A stretch of 63,653 bases of DNA, counting the filler, from Reticulomyxa filosa (Eukaryota > Protista > Foraminifera): NCBI GenBank assembly GCA_000512085.1. It is 14 parts of 14 records of this genome, joined end to end, with 100 filler letters (N's around TTAATTAATTAA, not from the genome) between each part and the next. Parts side by side here need not be neighbours in the genome. Positions count along the whole stretch, not along the records: positions 31,014 to 41,249 come from ASPP01008580.1; positions 41,350 to 42,463 come from ASPP01035020.1; positions 42,564 to 48,126 come from ASPP01034136.1; positions 48,227 to 52,056 come from ASPP01046096.1; 10 more parts are not named here. One strand, 5' to 3'. A program made the translations under genes and the position numbers. This document shows positions 40,272 to 51,185 of this stretch, piece by piece. The notes beneath the pieces were generated by a model, which was given only the letters and a program-made list of their open reading frames with translations, made no database searches and was not told the DNA's origin. Each line of letters begins with the position of its first letter. Positions within the stretch are counted from its first letter, which is position 1.

Positions 40272-41460
40272 AAGCGCCTGCAACTTTTTAAATTCAATTT
40301 TTTTTTGTTTGAGTTTTAGTTATTTTGGGGGTTAAATTGTAAGAAATTTTTTTTTTACTATCCTTAAGAAGAAAGAGGAGTTGCAGCAGAATGAAACCTC
40401 ATATTCTAGCACAACGCGACACTCAGCCACTCCACTGAGAATGCCTTTTATCTCCGTACAAGGGAGATCTAAAATAATTTATTTTTTTTAAATAAAAGAT
40501 TTTTTGCTATTTTATTTTGTTGTTAGTGAACATATTGTGTGTTTTGTGTAAACATTTTAATTAATTTGAATTTTGAAATAGATAAATTATGCTAAGGAAA
40601 CTTTTTGCTCCACTTGATACATTTCTGGAATAATTTCACTTCTTCTTGCTGCCTTCTCAATTTCAGAGGTGGTGATTGCGAGATGACATTCACGGTGTCA
40701 TATGACGTTGAGTTTTCAGTCCAAGAATCCTTCACATCGAAATCCTTTGATTTTTTTCCAGTCTTCGTTAAAAAAAAATAAAATATAATCCTTCATCATC
40801 GATATAAAATTTTGAAGGAATACAAGCACATAACAACTAGATACTGCAACATCTAGCAGTATCTGAAAGAAATTCGAAGTTAATCTTCGATTATTAACAA
40901 CGATTTTCGTCGTTAACAAGATTGTGGCGAAAACAGAAACAAAGACAAAGATACAAAGAAAAACTTCAAACTACTAAAAAAGAATTTTTTTTTAACAAAA
41001 TTTTTTTTTATTGTGATAAAAAAATCTTTTTACTAGTTGAAAACTTTCAGATATCTGATATTGCGATTTTACGCGAGATCAGATATACAAGATAACCACA
41101 CACAAAATGAACAGTCGATTAACAAGAAAGAATGACGAACAAAATTAAGACAATTTTCTATCGAAATGGCAATATAAACATTCTAATGCTTTTTTAAATA
41201 ATAAATGTTTAAATTTTATTTTTTGTTTTAATTTGCTTTAATTTGTTAANNNNNNNNNNNNNNNNNNNNNNNNNNNNNNNNNNNNNNNNNNNNTTAATTA
41301 ATTAANNNNNNNNNNNNNNNNNNNNNNNNNNNNNNNNNNNNNNNNNNNNAGCAATCTTTTCAGTCGTCGCTTGAACTGTTAATTTGCTTAATTTTCCAAG
41401 CTCATAGTCCTCAGCATTGATTTTTTCTTCATCTACCATTGCGCTAATAATGATATCATT

Positions 41461-42065
41461 CTAATCAATCTGGCATTTCTTTGCCAATTTGGCTTTCTTT
41501 TCTTGATAATATAAAATGAAATGAGTACAAGTTGGATCTCTACAACCACAGCGAATCGATATTGAACTACGGCAAAGTGGACAAACAGCATTACCATTAA
41601 CAGCAGCATGAACAAGAGTTGTTGCACACCCAATGTGGAAATGATGTCCAAAGCCAAATTTAACCAACTCACGAGCCTTGAAAATAGGTAAACGAGCAAT
41701 ACATTCATAACAAATCACACAATTTTTTTCATCGAACTGTAACCCCATTTCTTCGCGATACTTTTGAAGAAGCTGGAACTTTTTCTTTTTTATTTCTTCA
41801 CGCTGTTTCTCCAAACTTTTGTCGAATATCCACCGAGAGTTCGAACACAACTATCAATCGTATTGGCTTCATTAGTCTTGTTGTCACAGTTTTTAGACAA
41901 TAAATCATGTATTTTCTTACAATAAGGAATGTTTGATTCTTTAATTAGCTCTGGATGAGCATCGAAATCAATCTTAAAGTCTCTGGAGCTGTTAATAATC
42001 GAAGTGCGCCAATTGATACGAACAAAATCGAAATCCTCATGACGATTAGCGATGTCAAATGTCAC
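41461..42065 (-). pseudogene. RING-finger protein fragment with a frameshift
   Basis: CVICYEC...FGFGHHFHIGC...CPLCR has Phe in place of the third Cys ligand. Frame change near 41840. Confidence 0.55.
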
Positions 42066-42841
42066 CTAGCATGTATACGTAAATGCAAAACATTATTTTT
42101 TCGCACAAAAAAACAAATAAAATAAACTATTGGCTTATAGCAAGTGCGTCTTCATTATTTTTTGTTATATCTTTTATTTGTTCAGTTAGTTTGATATCAA
42201 CAGATTAAGTATTTGTTAAATAAATAATTTGATAATTTTAATTGTCAAAATCATAAGTTGTCATAACAACTTGTATACAGATCCTTGAAAACACTTTTCT
42301 GTTAATATATTTCGAAAAAAAAACTCATGATTCAGATAACATAGATAATTTTTTTTATAATGATACTTCTACATATTCACAAATTCAACAATTTGCTAAT
42401 TATTTCAACATATATTATTTTACTTAAACTTTATGTATCCTCAATTTCACTTTTCTATATAATNNNNNNNNNNNNNNNNNNNNNNNNNNNNNNNNNNNNN
42501 NNNNNNNTTAATTAATTAANNNNNNNNNNNNNNNNNNNNNNNNNNNNNNNNNNNNNNNNNNNNCTCAATTTCCCGTTAACCTATAAAACATGATTTTTTC
42601 ATAGTACACTGACTGTAAAATGATATACTCATAGATTGGAAAAAGGGCACCCTCTTGGCCTTAAATACTGAATTAATTTATGGTGCGCTTAATGCGCGCA
42701 AAACGCAAAGAAAATGGCCAAACCCTAAAGAACCCACACCCACTTGAGGCACATCGGGTATAGAGGTAGGTGGCTATACTCAATGCCTTCCCCGAGATGA
42801 AAAAATTTACACAAAAATTATTTCTCGCCAGTTTTGAAAAA

Positions 42842-43393
42842 TTATTGACAATGTGTGCAAAATGCAAGCGCGTTGCCTTTTTGTGGGGCAATGCTGATAG
42901 CACCGAAAACTTCGTTTTTGGCGTTCTGGAGGTCTCTACCTTCCTTATGTGATAACACTTCGGCTATCTTGTTGAAAACGTTGACTGCTTGCTGGTGCCA
43001 GGCGCCTGCTACTTCCGCGATTAATGGAACGTATGATGAGTTGGAATTGGCGAATAATGTTCTATATTTCCCTATCTTGAATCTTGAGTATTCGTCTGCC
43101 GCCCTTAATCTTCCTGCTTCTTGGTTGGTGATATTCTTATGGGTTACTCCGATATCGAAATAAGTTTGCTCACTGTCGTCGAACCATTTAATCATGATAT
43201 CCCCAGGTCTTTGACTGCTATTACCACTGGCCCGAACTTCCCGTTTATGATTCAATCCCGCACGCTTTAATAGGTTTGAGATGCATGAGGTGATTAAATC
43301 ATGACGGTGGATTCTGCCCTTACCGGATGGACATATCAACGCGTGGTCTCCTAGTTGGTCCATATGTGAAGTACAACCTGGGCCACATAACAT
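42842..43393 (-). pseudogene. CCHC knuckle and PD-(D/E)xK restriction-like endonuclease of the element
   Basis: CGPGC...DHALIC...RIHRHD...RPGDI...FDIGV...KIGKY...PLIAEVAGAW. Confidence 0.9.
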
Positions 43394-44106
43394 TTATCGT
43401 CTGCCGTTACTGGTTGCGACAGTCGGAACCGGATTAATGCTTGATATTCTTTGTTATCGAAGTGGGACTTGTTAAATTTATTCGGAAGCGCGTACAAGTA
43501 TGACGATGAGTGCTTGGCTTCTAAAGATGACAGGAGTGCTCTTGATCTTGGATTACAGTTACTAAGGAACCTTTTAGTATATTCGAGATGCTCTTGGATA
43601 AAAATGCTTGCTCCGGTAGAATGTTCAAGTCGATTATGTTGTCGTGGTCTGGTGTCCTCGAATTATAATCGTGAATCGCATTGTCCATTTCGATGGACGA
43701 CGTCCAACTAACGTTTTTGAATGTCGTATGTGAATTGATGGTAATAACCTTGATGCTGTTAATGCGGAAGCAATGAATGCGGCGCCAGCGTATGGAAGAG
43801 CTGTCCTTAAGCCGAGGCCACCTTGACGGATCGGGAGCTGACACTGGGTCCATTGTTGGTCGGTGATCGGGTGTGCGGTAATTGTTTCCATTGTTTGCTT
43901 CGTCTTGTCGTCGAATTTTTTCATCCAACCAGAGCCATAACCTGCAAAGTTCGATCGGATGAAGTAATTAACCTTTGATAGCTGCATCGAATTACGTAGC
44001 AAGAGGAGCATTGTTTGTGAATGCCTGAGTGCCATGATCTTGTCAAACTGCAATGACCACTCCTTTTGTCTATCCTCCATTTCATGGTGAACATGAGAGA
44101 CTTTCC

Positions 44107-44928
44107 CTATCGGGATGCTGACCAATGTTGTATCGTATGTGGTGTTATGTGTGATACCGATGAATTGAATTGGTGGTGGGGTAGCCCAATTTGATAACCA
44201 TTCCGTTTGGAATATTTGATTTCGATCCCATGCGAGTCTCTGAGGGCTTCTAGTGATGTCAAGGCCAATGTTAATGAAGCTGACGATGGTGACGCCATTG
44301 TGAGGTCGTCATGGTACGCTGCGTGGTATACATTGTCTAACCCGGAAAGTGCCGACTTTAATGCATCTGCAAGGACTATGGCGAACAATGCGCCACCTAG
44401 GGGGTCACCTTGGTGTACCCCCGCACAAGATTGGATTGTTGAGCGGCTTGGCAGGAATAACGGAACATGTGATGAATAGCATCCCTTAACATAACCATAT
44501 AATTCCGGAATTTGACCTCTGATTAATCGTAGTACCTTTGCGCGTTTGCACGAATTAAACGCATTCTTGAAATCCACCTTTATAGCAACTGCATCTTGCA
44601 TTGGCCGTATGTGTTGTAAGATTGCTTTAAACCCGTGCACGAATAATTCAATTCCCGCTTTCACATTAATTCCAAATTGGTTGTGTCCGACTATCGTCTT
44701 GATTTTGTCTGCGTGTCGTTTCATTAGGATAGTCCCTGCGGACCTCCTCAATAGTGACCCGATTGCAATAGGCCTGGGGCTGCCATCTGGTTTTGAGATA
44801 CCGATCAGTCTGGCTCCGTATGCCACATGGGTGGCATCACTACAAACGGTTCCTTTTATGATCAACGTAATAACTTTGGCCCAACTTGTCAGTGTCCCAG
44901 ATTCGAATTCGTATGGCGCGATATCCAT
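44107..44928 (-). pseudogene. Reverse transcriptase domain of the element
   Basis: RPIAIGSLLRR, DFKNAFN, QGDPL, and YHDD at 44305-44316; frameshifted at both ends. Confidence 0.93.
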
Positions 44929-45053
44929 TAAATGTTGTGCTGCGAAGAGGTCAACCCCCCAGCAGATGTTCTTCCAAGCCTTCTGATATAAGTGGTTATT
45001 TCGTCCGTCGATATGGGTTCCATTAATGGGATGGGGGCTATCCTATGTGATCT

Positions 45054-47144
45054 CTAATCTCTATCAATCGCTTGTAATATGGAAGCGGGCAATGGCTCGT
45101 ATGGATGTTTCTCTCGTAGTTGCTTGAATGTATCGTCGTTGTATAATACCGTTTGGCTAGGCGTTAAAGCTTTGAATGCCTTCGATAGCTCCCCCAATGC
45201 TGCCAGTTTAATTGCCTTGGCGTGAGTAGCATTTGTTCTTGCGATAGATGACAATTTTATTGGTCTTGGTTTATTCGGTGTTGGTAATGCGATTGAATGC
45301 TCGTAAAAATCATCCCATAATTTTTTAATATTACCTTCCCTCCATAACTTGGTTCTATTTATAACGCTGTTAGCAATCGAGTTGGCGTGCTTGGTTCCCC
45401 CCCTGCCTGGGTCCCATAAAATAAGACGGGTTAGCGATACCCATTTGGTCCATGCCGAAATATCGTTGTTATCTGCGATATCACGGAGCGCCCATGCGGT
45501 AATTGAAGCAAATGCGGCACGAGCGGCCTTCGGGACCCGGTCAATGATCTTTGCAGGCATGTTAATAATATCTTCGATTGCAGGCAATTGCCAAGGCACC
45601 ACTTCTTCCGACTTATGCTCAGTAGGCCGATGTGATCTTGATACATTATCACGACACTCTTCTTGTTGTCGAATCCATTCTTCGTGACATTTTCTGTGCA
45701 TATTATCAACAGCAACAGAAATTGGTAGGCTGCGATTGCACCGACAGCATAAAGCCCTTCCAAAAGCTTGGAAGTACGTTTGTGGGACTTGGCCTTTTGA
45801 GTGATTAGCGATATGCCCATTAACGTGGAGGTGCAAGCCTGCCTGTGTTTTGAGAGACGCATTACAACCGAAAACAGGATACTGGAATGTGCTTTGCGTG
45901 GGCTGCGAAGGAGCTGGAGGGTGCATGGGTGAGCTTGGTGGCGGTATTACAATATTATTGAATAATTCATCATGCTCGAATGAATGCTGGGATGGAGGAT
46001 GTTGGGTGTCGGTGTTGTCTTGTGGCTCCGAATCGCCATTGCTTGGAGCTCGTGTCATTTGGGCGTTGAATGACTCCACATTGTTATAACGCATCTGATG
46101 TTCGTCGGGGTCCTGGTCTCCGCCGATTAGTTCGCCATGGTGGAACATCGTGACCTGTGAAGAACGGATGGAGTCTTCTTTGATATCGAGGTTGCCGGTG
46201 TTGTCCTGAACCCTTTGAGGTGTTGTTACGACCTGCGGTGTCAAAATGTCTGGTATGGGTCGACAGTATTGATTGGTTTCCGGTGCTTGTTGGGGTGCGT
46301 GTACGGTAACGTGGTGGGATGAATGCACTTGGATCGGTTGAAGAGTTTCTTGTGGTGGCTCACTTCCATGCTTTGGCTTATTTGCATGTGGTGTATTGAG
46401 TGCGGGGGTTGATAATGCCCCAGATGGTGATGAATTGCATGCAATAATGGATGGCTCTTTGTGCGGGATGACGACGTATGAAATATCAGCTGCGAACAGG
46501 AGGGTATCATTGGTATGGGATGCTGCATTAATGGCCGGATTAATAGCAAATAAAATGGAAAGGTTTGATGTTTTTGTCAAACATGATAGCAATGCCTTCC
46601 TCCATTCACTACAACCACGTTGTTGACGATAATTAACCTTGAATTTGCTGTAATTCTTTATTATATCTTTGAATTGTTTTAACATTAGTGCGTTACAAGA
46701 TGATTCCAAACTAAGGAGATTCTCCACACGAGTATGGATTTGGTTTTTTGAATTTAAAAAGGGGAATGGTACATTACTTGAAGACTCACACACTAAATCA
46801 AAAAGAAAAATATTGCTTTTCATTTGCAGCATTTGCACGCCGTTCTTGATATGATTTTGACAAATTGCGATATCGTATATTGTGTGCCCGTGGATTGATT
46901 GGTATCCATATGTTTGGTTTCGCTCTGGGTTTTGTGGATGAAGATGGGATGCATTTTTAATATCAATTAATAAAATCTCGATATCAATGCTGTTGCCAAT
47001 GACTCTCTCTGATAGCTTTGAAAGATTGATGGAAGAATAGCCTTTCTTTTGATGATTGGATGAGGCTTGCGTGTTGCATGTATCCAATAAATCAAATACA
47101 CGAATTTTGGAAGGATTCGTTCCGTAATATTCCCTCGCAGACAC
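45054..47144 (-). CDS. Retroelement polyprotein N-terminal part: kinesin-motor-like domain, Pro/Gln/His linker, Zn fingers, pre-RT region
   Basis: 696 uninterrupted codons. The first ~220 aa follow kinesin motif order; the C-terminal part has GELSKAFKAL...TFKQLREKHP, typical of the pre-RT region of RLE elements. Confidence 0.75.
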   Translation of the reverse strand: MSAREYYGTNPSKIRVFDLLDTCNTQASSNHQKKGYSSINLSKLSERVIGNSIDIEILLIDIKNASHLHPQNPERNQTYGYQSIHGHTIYDIAICQNHIKNGVQMLQMKSNIFLFDLVCESSSNVPFPFLNSKNQIHTRVENLLSLESSCNALMLKQFKDIIKNYSKFKVNYRQQRGCSEWRKALLSCLTKTSNLSILFAINPAINAASHTNDTLLFAADISYVVIPHKEPSIIACNSSPSGALSTPALNTPHANKPKHGSEPPQETLQPIQVHSSHHVTVHAPQQAPETNQYCRPIPDILTPQVVTTPQRVQDNTGNLDIKEDSIRSSQVTMFHHGELIGGDQDPDEHQMRYNNVESFNAQMTRAPSNGDSEPQDNTDTQHPPSQHSFEHDELFNNIVIPPPSSPMHPPAPSQPTQSTFQYPVFGCNASLKTQAGLHLHVNGHIANHSKGQVPQTYFQAFGRALCCRCNRSLPISVAVDNMHRKCHEEWIRQQEECRDNVSRSHRPTEHKSEEVVPWQLPAIEDIINMPAKIIDRVPKAARAAFASITAWALRDIADNNDISAWTKWVSLTRLILWDPGRGGTKHANSIANSVINRTKLWREGNIKKLWDDFYEHSIALPTPNKPRPIKLSSIARTNATHAKAIKLAALGELSKAFKALTPSQTVLYNDDTFKQLREKHPYEPLPASILQAIDRD

Positions 47145-48226
47145 TTTTATTACTGGACTGCCACCTTGCTATCCGAATTGACTGCTATGTTCGTGAGCTT
47201 CGCGTTTGAAGGAGGTTGGAAGGTGTCGCAGTCAGCATCTGCTGTATATGTCATACAGGATGCCCGCGGGTCCGCCAACTCCTCGGTGAATTGAAGCTTG
47301 TCGCCTATCCCCGATGTTGGATGTGAGCATCCCATCGATGTTGCTTGTGAGGGGTGGCGCGCCGCTGTTGTTCGCAGGAGGCCTGCTCTAATATAATATA
47401 ATGTTGTGTTGCCGACTGCATGATGGTAACAAGAGGCAGGCTACGCTGAAGGTCAAAGTTAGGCTGTGTTGCATAGACTGGTTCGACTTGGCCGATGTCG
47501 AATTTCGGGGTTGAACACGGGGTTGATATGTCGTCGTCGACTGGAACAATGCTGTCAGGTTCTAAGGCGCGGGTTACATCTGGAACAAATACCTTCGCCA
47601 CTTCTTTTATCTGGATCTTTTTGTCTTTCGCATCACAGCGCGCCTCTGCGATAGCATTTGATCGATTCGGTCCCTACGACTACGTATTTGGGGGCTTTGC
47701 GTTTTTGAGTCTTTGTCACGACTGGTGCTATTCATAAAACGAGAATTTGTGTTTCTGGAGGGGAGCTTTTTAATAGCCAGATTTGGGACCCCAGCCCGGT
47801 CCATGTCTGAGCCAACGGGACTTATCTCGTAGTGGACGTGCTCAGTAGGACCCGACGTCTCATTCTCACCACACTCATTGTCTTTGCCTCTAGGCGCCTC
47901 CGGGCTCGGCAGTACATGTTGATGGTTCGATTTCGACAAATAGCAAGGCTAAATTCAGTCGATGTATTCTATTATTTGTCGAATCCTTAAAATCAACTTT
48001 ATATAATTAAATTTTTTCTTTATTATTTGCAGAAAACAAAATTTGAATATTCAATAATATAATTTTTGAAATAATTAAATTTTAATTATCATAATTAGAA
48101 AAAAGCAAAATTGAAGATACATAAAGNNNNNNNNNNNNNNNNNNNNNNNNNNNNNNNNNNNNNNNNNNNNTTAATTAATTAANNNNNNNNNNNNNNNNNN
48201 NNNNNNNNNNNNNNNNNNNNNNNNNN

Positions 48227-48980
48227 TCTTTGTTATTGGATAACGAGGCCATTTACGGGATCTGCCAAAAGCAATTGCGAATTGCCAAACCAGATATAGA
48301 TAACTTAAATAAATTAATTTCGAAGGTTATCTCCGCCATACTCCGTCTTTGCGATTTAGCGGTAATTAGACGTATACTTAACGAGTTGCAAACGAACTTA
48401 GTCCCTTTCCCTAGTTTGCATTTTATGACTACTGGAATGAGCCCAATTATTCCAAAAGTTGATGTGTCAACCGCGCCAAACGATATCCAAAAAATTACGG
48501 ATTGTTTTAAGCCAGCGAACTGGTTTGTGAAATACACTGAATTTGATCCCGCTGAAAATAAATTATGGCCATTTCCTTATCGTGGTAATATAAAATTGAA
48601 AGCAAACGCACCGGTCCAATGGTTGAAATCCAACAATAAAATAACGTTGGTCGAATGGTGTCAGGCTTTAGGACATGCTTAAACGAGGTACCAGCAGTAA
48701 CATGGAATCAGATGATATTGGAGCATTTTATAAAAATGTTGGATGATAGCCAACACACGGGCATTTCGCGAGTATTTGGTAAACGCATTGCCCAAAGTAT
48801 GATATTATGTACTCCCACAAGCGTTTGTGCATTGGTACGTAGAAGTATGAATAGAATGAGAATTTATTGAAGCTAGTGAAGGCTCGGGCTTCTTGGAAAA
48901 GATTATATGGTTGAGTGAACAACCAACGATGACGTGGGAGTTGAAACGCTGGCGACGCAGGTGACAAGGACAATGAGAAC
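48227..48980 (+). pseudogene. Divergent alpha-tubulin pseudogene, 3' half
   Basis: LDNEAIYGICQKQL, LNELQTNLVPFPSLHF, VEWC, FVHWYV and LEKDY lie in changing frames with deletions. Confidence 0.88.
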
Positions 48981-49605
48981 TTTTTGTTTGTGTGGAAGTG
49001 AAGCGGTGCAAACGAAATTAATATTTTTTTTAAAGCCAAGTGGTTGGCTTTCTTTTTAATTTAATTTTTTTTTTATTACAAGGTTAATGAAATGTTTTCG
49101 CAATATTTCAAAGTACCAGTTTACATGACTGCCTAAACAATCAAAAAATATATCTAACTACTCTTGGAAGTAGATCTATACTGTCACTATAGATGTCTTG
49201 GATAGCTGTTGACTTTTTTAGTTTTCTTTTTGGTCTTTGTGTCATTTTCTTGTTTCTCAAGTTTAAATCGAGAAAAAAAACCAAGGGTTTAAGCTAGTGA
49301 CATCAGTTCTAAAAAGTAATATTAGTTTGTGTTCGTGTAGCATGCATTGATAGTACAAAGTGAAATGGGCAATGAGAATCTTTCAAACTTTGAAAGGTTA
49401 GAGTATTGATGTTAACGAATTAGTCAGTAGATTTGCATTTTTTTAAAAAAGGATGAATGAATGGTTACAGTTTTGACAAACAAAAAACTGTGATGCAAAA
49501 AACATCAGAGCAAATGATGCAGAAATTTGAATTACAGTTTCATAGCATAGTTATTCTAAATGAAGAAAAAAAGCAAGTACAAACACAAAAAAAAAGAAGA
49601 ATAAG

Positions 49606-50875
49606 TCAAGTTTTATTTGATTGTGTCAATTTCCCAAATAGTATTTTGTCCCAAGGAAGCAGTTTTTTTAGATCGGGTCTGGTAATACTTTCAATTGAGT
49701 TTTTCGACACAAGTACTAATTCATGGGATTTGCATGAGAAAGTCGTTTGCAGTATGGACTGCAAGGTGAAAACCCTTTTTTTATATGTGTATACATATGT
49801 TTATAAAGTGTGGAGGCAAAAGATGGAAGATGAATTTTGAAAAGGGTCGATATGCAGAATAGAGTGAAAGAAAAAGCTCAACATTTTCTGTACAGCGCCA
49901 GGCAAATCGTCAGGATCTTTTTGAATCCAAGCAAAAAGTATAGCAGTGGTCAAGTCGCCAGTCCCATAAAAATGGGAACCAATTTTGCGGACTCGTAAGT
50001 GTCCAAAGTACTGCTCATCTTGTGCTATCATTGTCATTACAAAAAAAAATATATATATATGTACACATATATAATGTATATACATATATGTACGTAACAT
50101 TTCATGACAACAGAATCACTAAAGATAATATCAATAAACTGCTCTTGCAGTGGCAATTGAAGACTGGTGATGACGACATAACGGACGCCCAAGTCATGGA
50201 ATTTGCGACAGGCGAGACATCCATCTTCGATGGTATCTATCTTCATGTTGTCGAGCAAGAAAGAGGCTTCGGTTTGATTGGGTGTGATCAATGTCGCCAA
50301 AGGGATGATATCTTTCTTATATACGTCGACAAAAGACTGAAACGACTGTGAATACAACTTGCCATTGTCACCCATCACCGGATCGCATGCATAAAACAAC
50401 TTGCCTGATTTTTCCTTGCACTTTTTGTCCAATTCTTTTATCAATGTCGCCAGTCCTGATAAGCACTCGATCGATCCCATGTATCCCGTTATCACGTGTG
50501 GGTAGTCGAATATATCGTTTTCTTTCAATCCCAACACTAATTCGGACATCTCTTTCCCGGTTGTTTTGCTACCTCTGAAATGAGGGTATCCTTTTTTTTT
50601 ATAATATGCATATATGTATATATATACATATACGTATATGTATATGAATTAAGGGAGAAAGAGAATATGCGTCAATTAAAAAAAAACTTACCGGTGTGAT
50701 TGGAAAACTGCACGGTGTTAAGCGGAGAAACGTCAAACCCTAACAATTGCAGTGGAAACATCACCGACTTGTTTCCGACATAGCCTGACACCACTGTCGA
50801 CTGAATGCTCAACACTCTTGGCGGCAAAGCGGGAACATTCACTTTTTGTTTGCTTGAGTCCTCTATTTCGGACAT
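49606..50875 (-). CDS. PDXK: Pyridoxal kinase; multi-exon
   Basis: [58 protein letters not shown]. Last exon ends ...QSNKT-stop at 49606. Confidence 0.95.
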
Positions 50876-51185
50876 TTTCAAATTATAATGCAAGTGATTA
50901 ATATATATATATCAAATCGAAAAGATGCCCCTAAAAAAAAAAAGGGTAAACCATTAGACTTTAAAAAACAACAATGACAAAAAATAGACATCTTCCAATA
51001 TGCAAAAAAAGATTTTTGTAGTTACCTTTGAATGCATTTGCATCCTAATGAAAGTTTTGAAAAATAAGAACATGCAATTTTTGACTGGAGCAATCAACTC
51101 CAAGTTTATTACTCTTTTTTTTTTCCAGAGAAAAAAAAGGTGAAGGTAGAAGGGGTACCAACAAGTGAAAACAAAAACAAAAAAA

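Larger units (their letters stand above)
42600..47950 (-). mobile_element. Decayed single-ORF non-LTR retrotransposon of the RLE type (CRE-like); boundaries approximate
   Basis: Zn fingers YPVFGC...HLHVNGH and CCRC...HRKC. RT motifs RPIAIG, QFG, KVDFKNAFNS, GVHQGDPLG, YHDD. Thumb LPIRQGGLGL. CCHC knuckle C..C...DHALIC followed by RHD, RPGD, FDIGV, K..KY, PL..E..GAW (restriction-like endonuclease). No introns; several stops and frameshifts. Confidence 0.92.

Noticed and set aside
46480-48980. Kinesin-like domain next to alpha-tubulin as a cytoskeletal gene cluster
   Set aside because: They are on different contigs, separated by the linker at 48127-48226.
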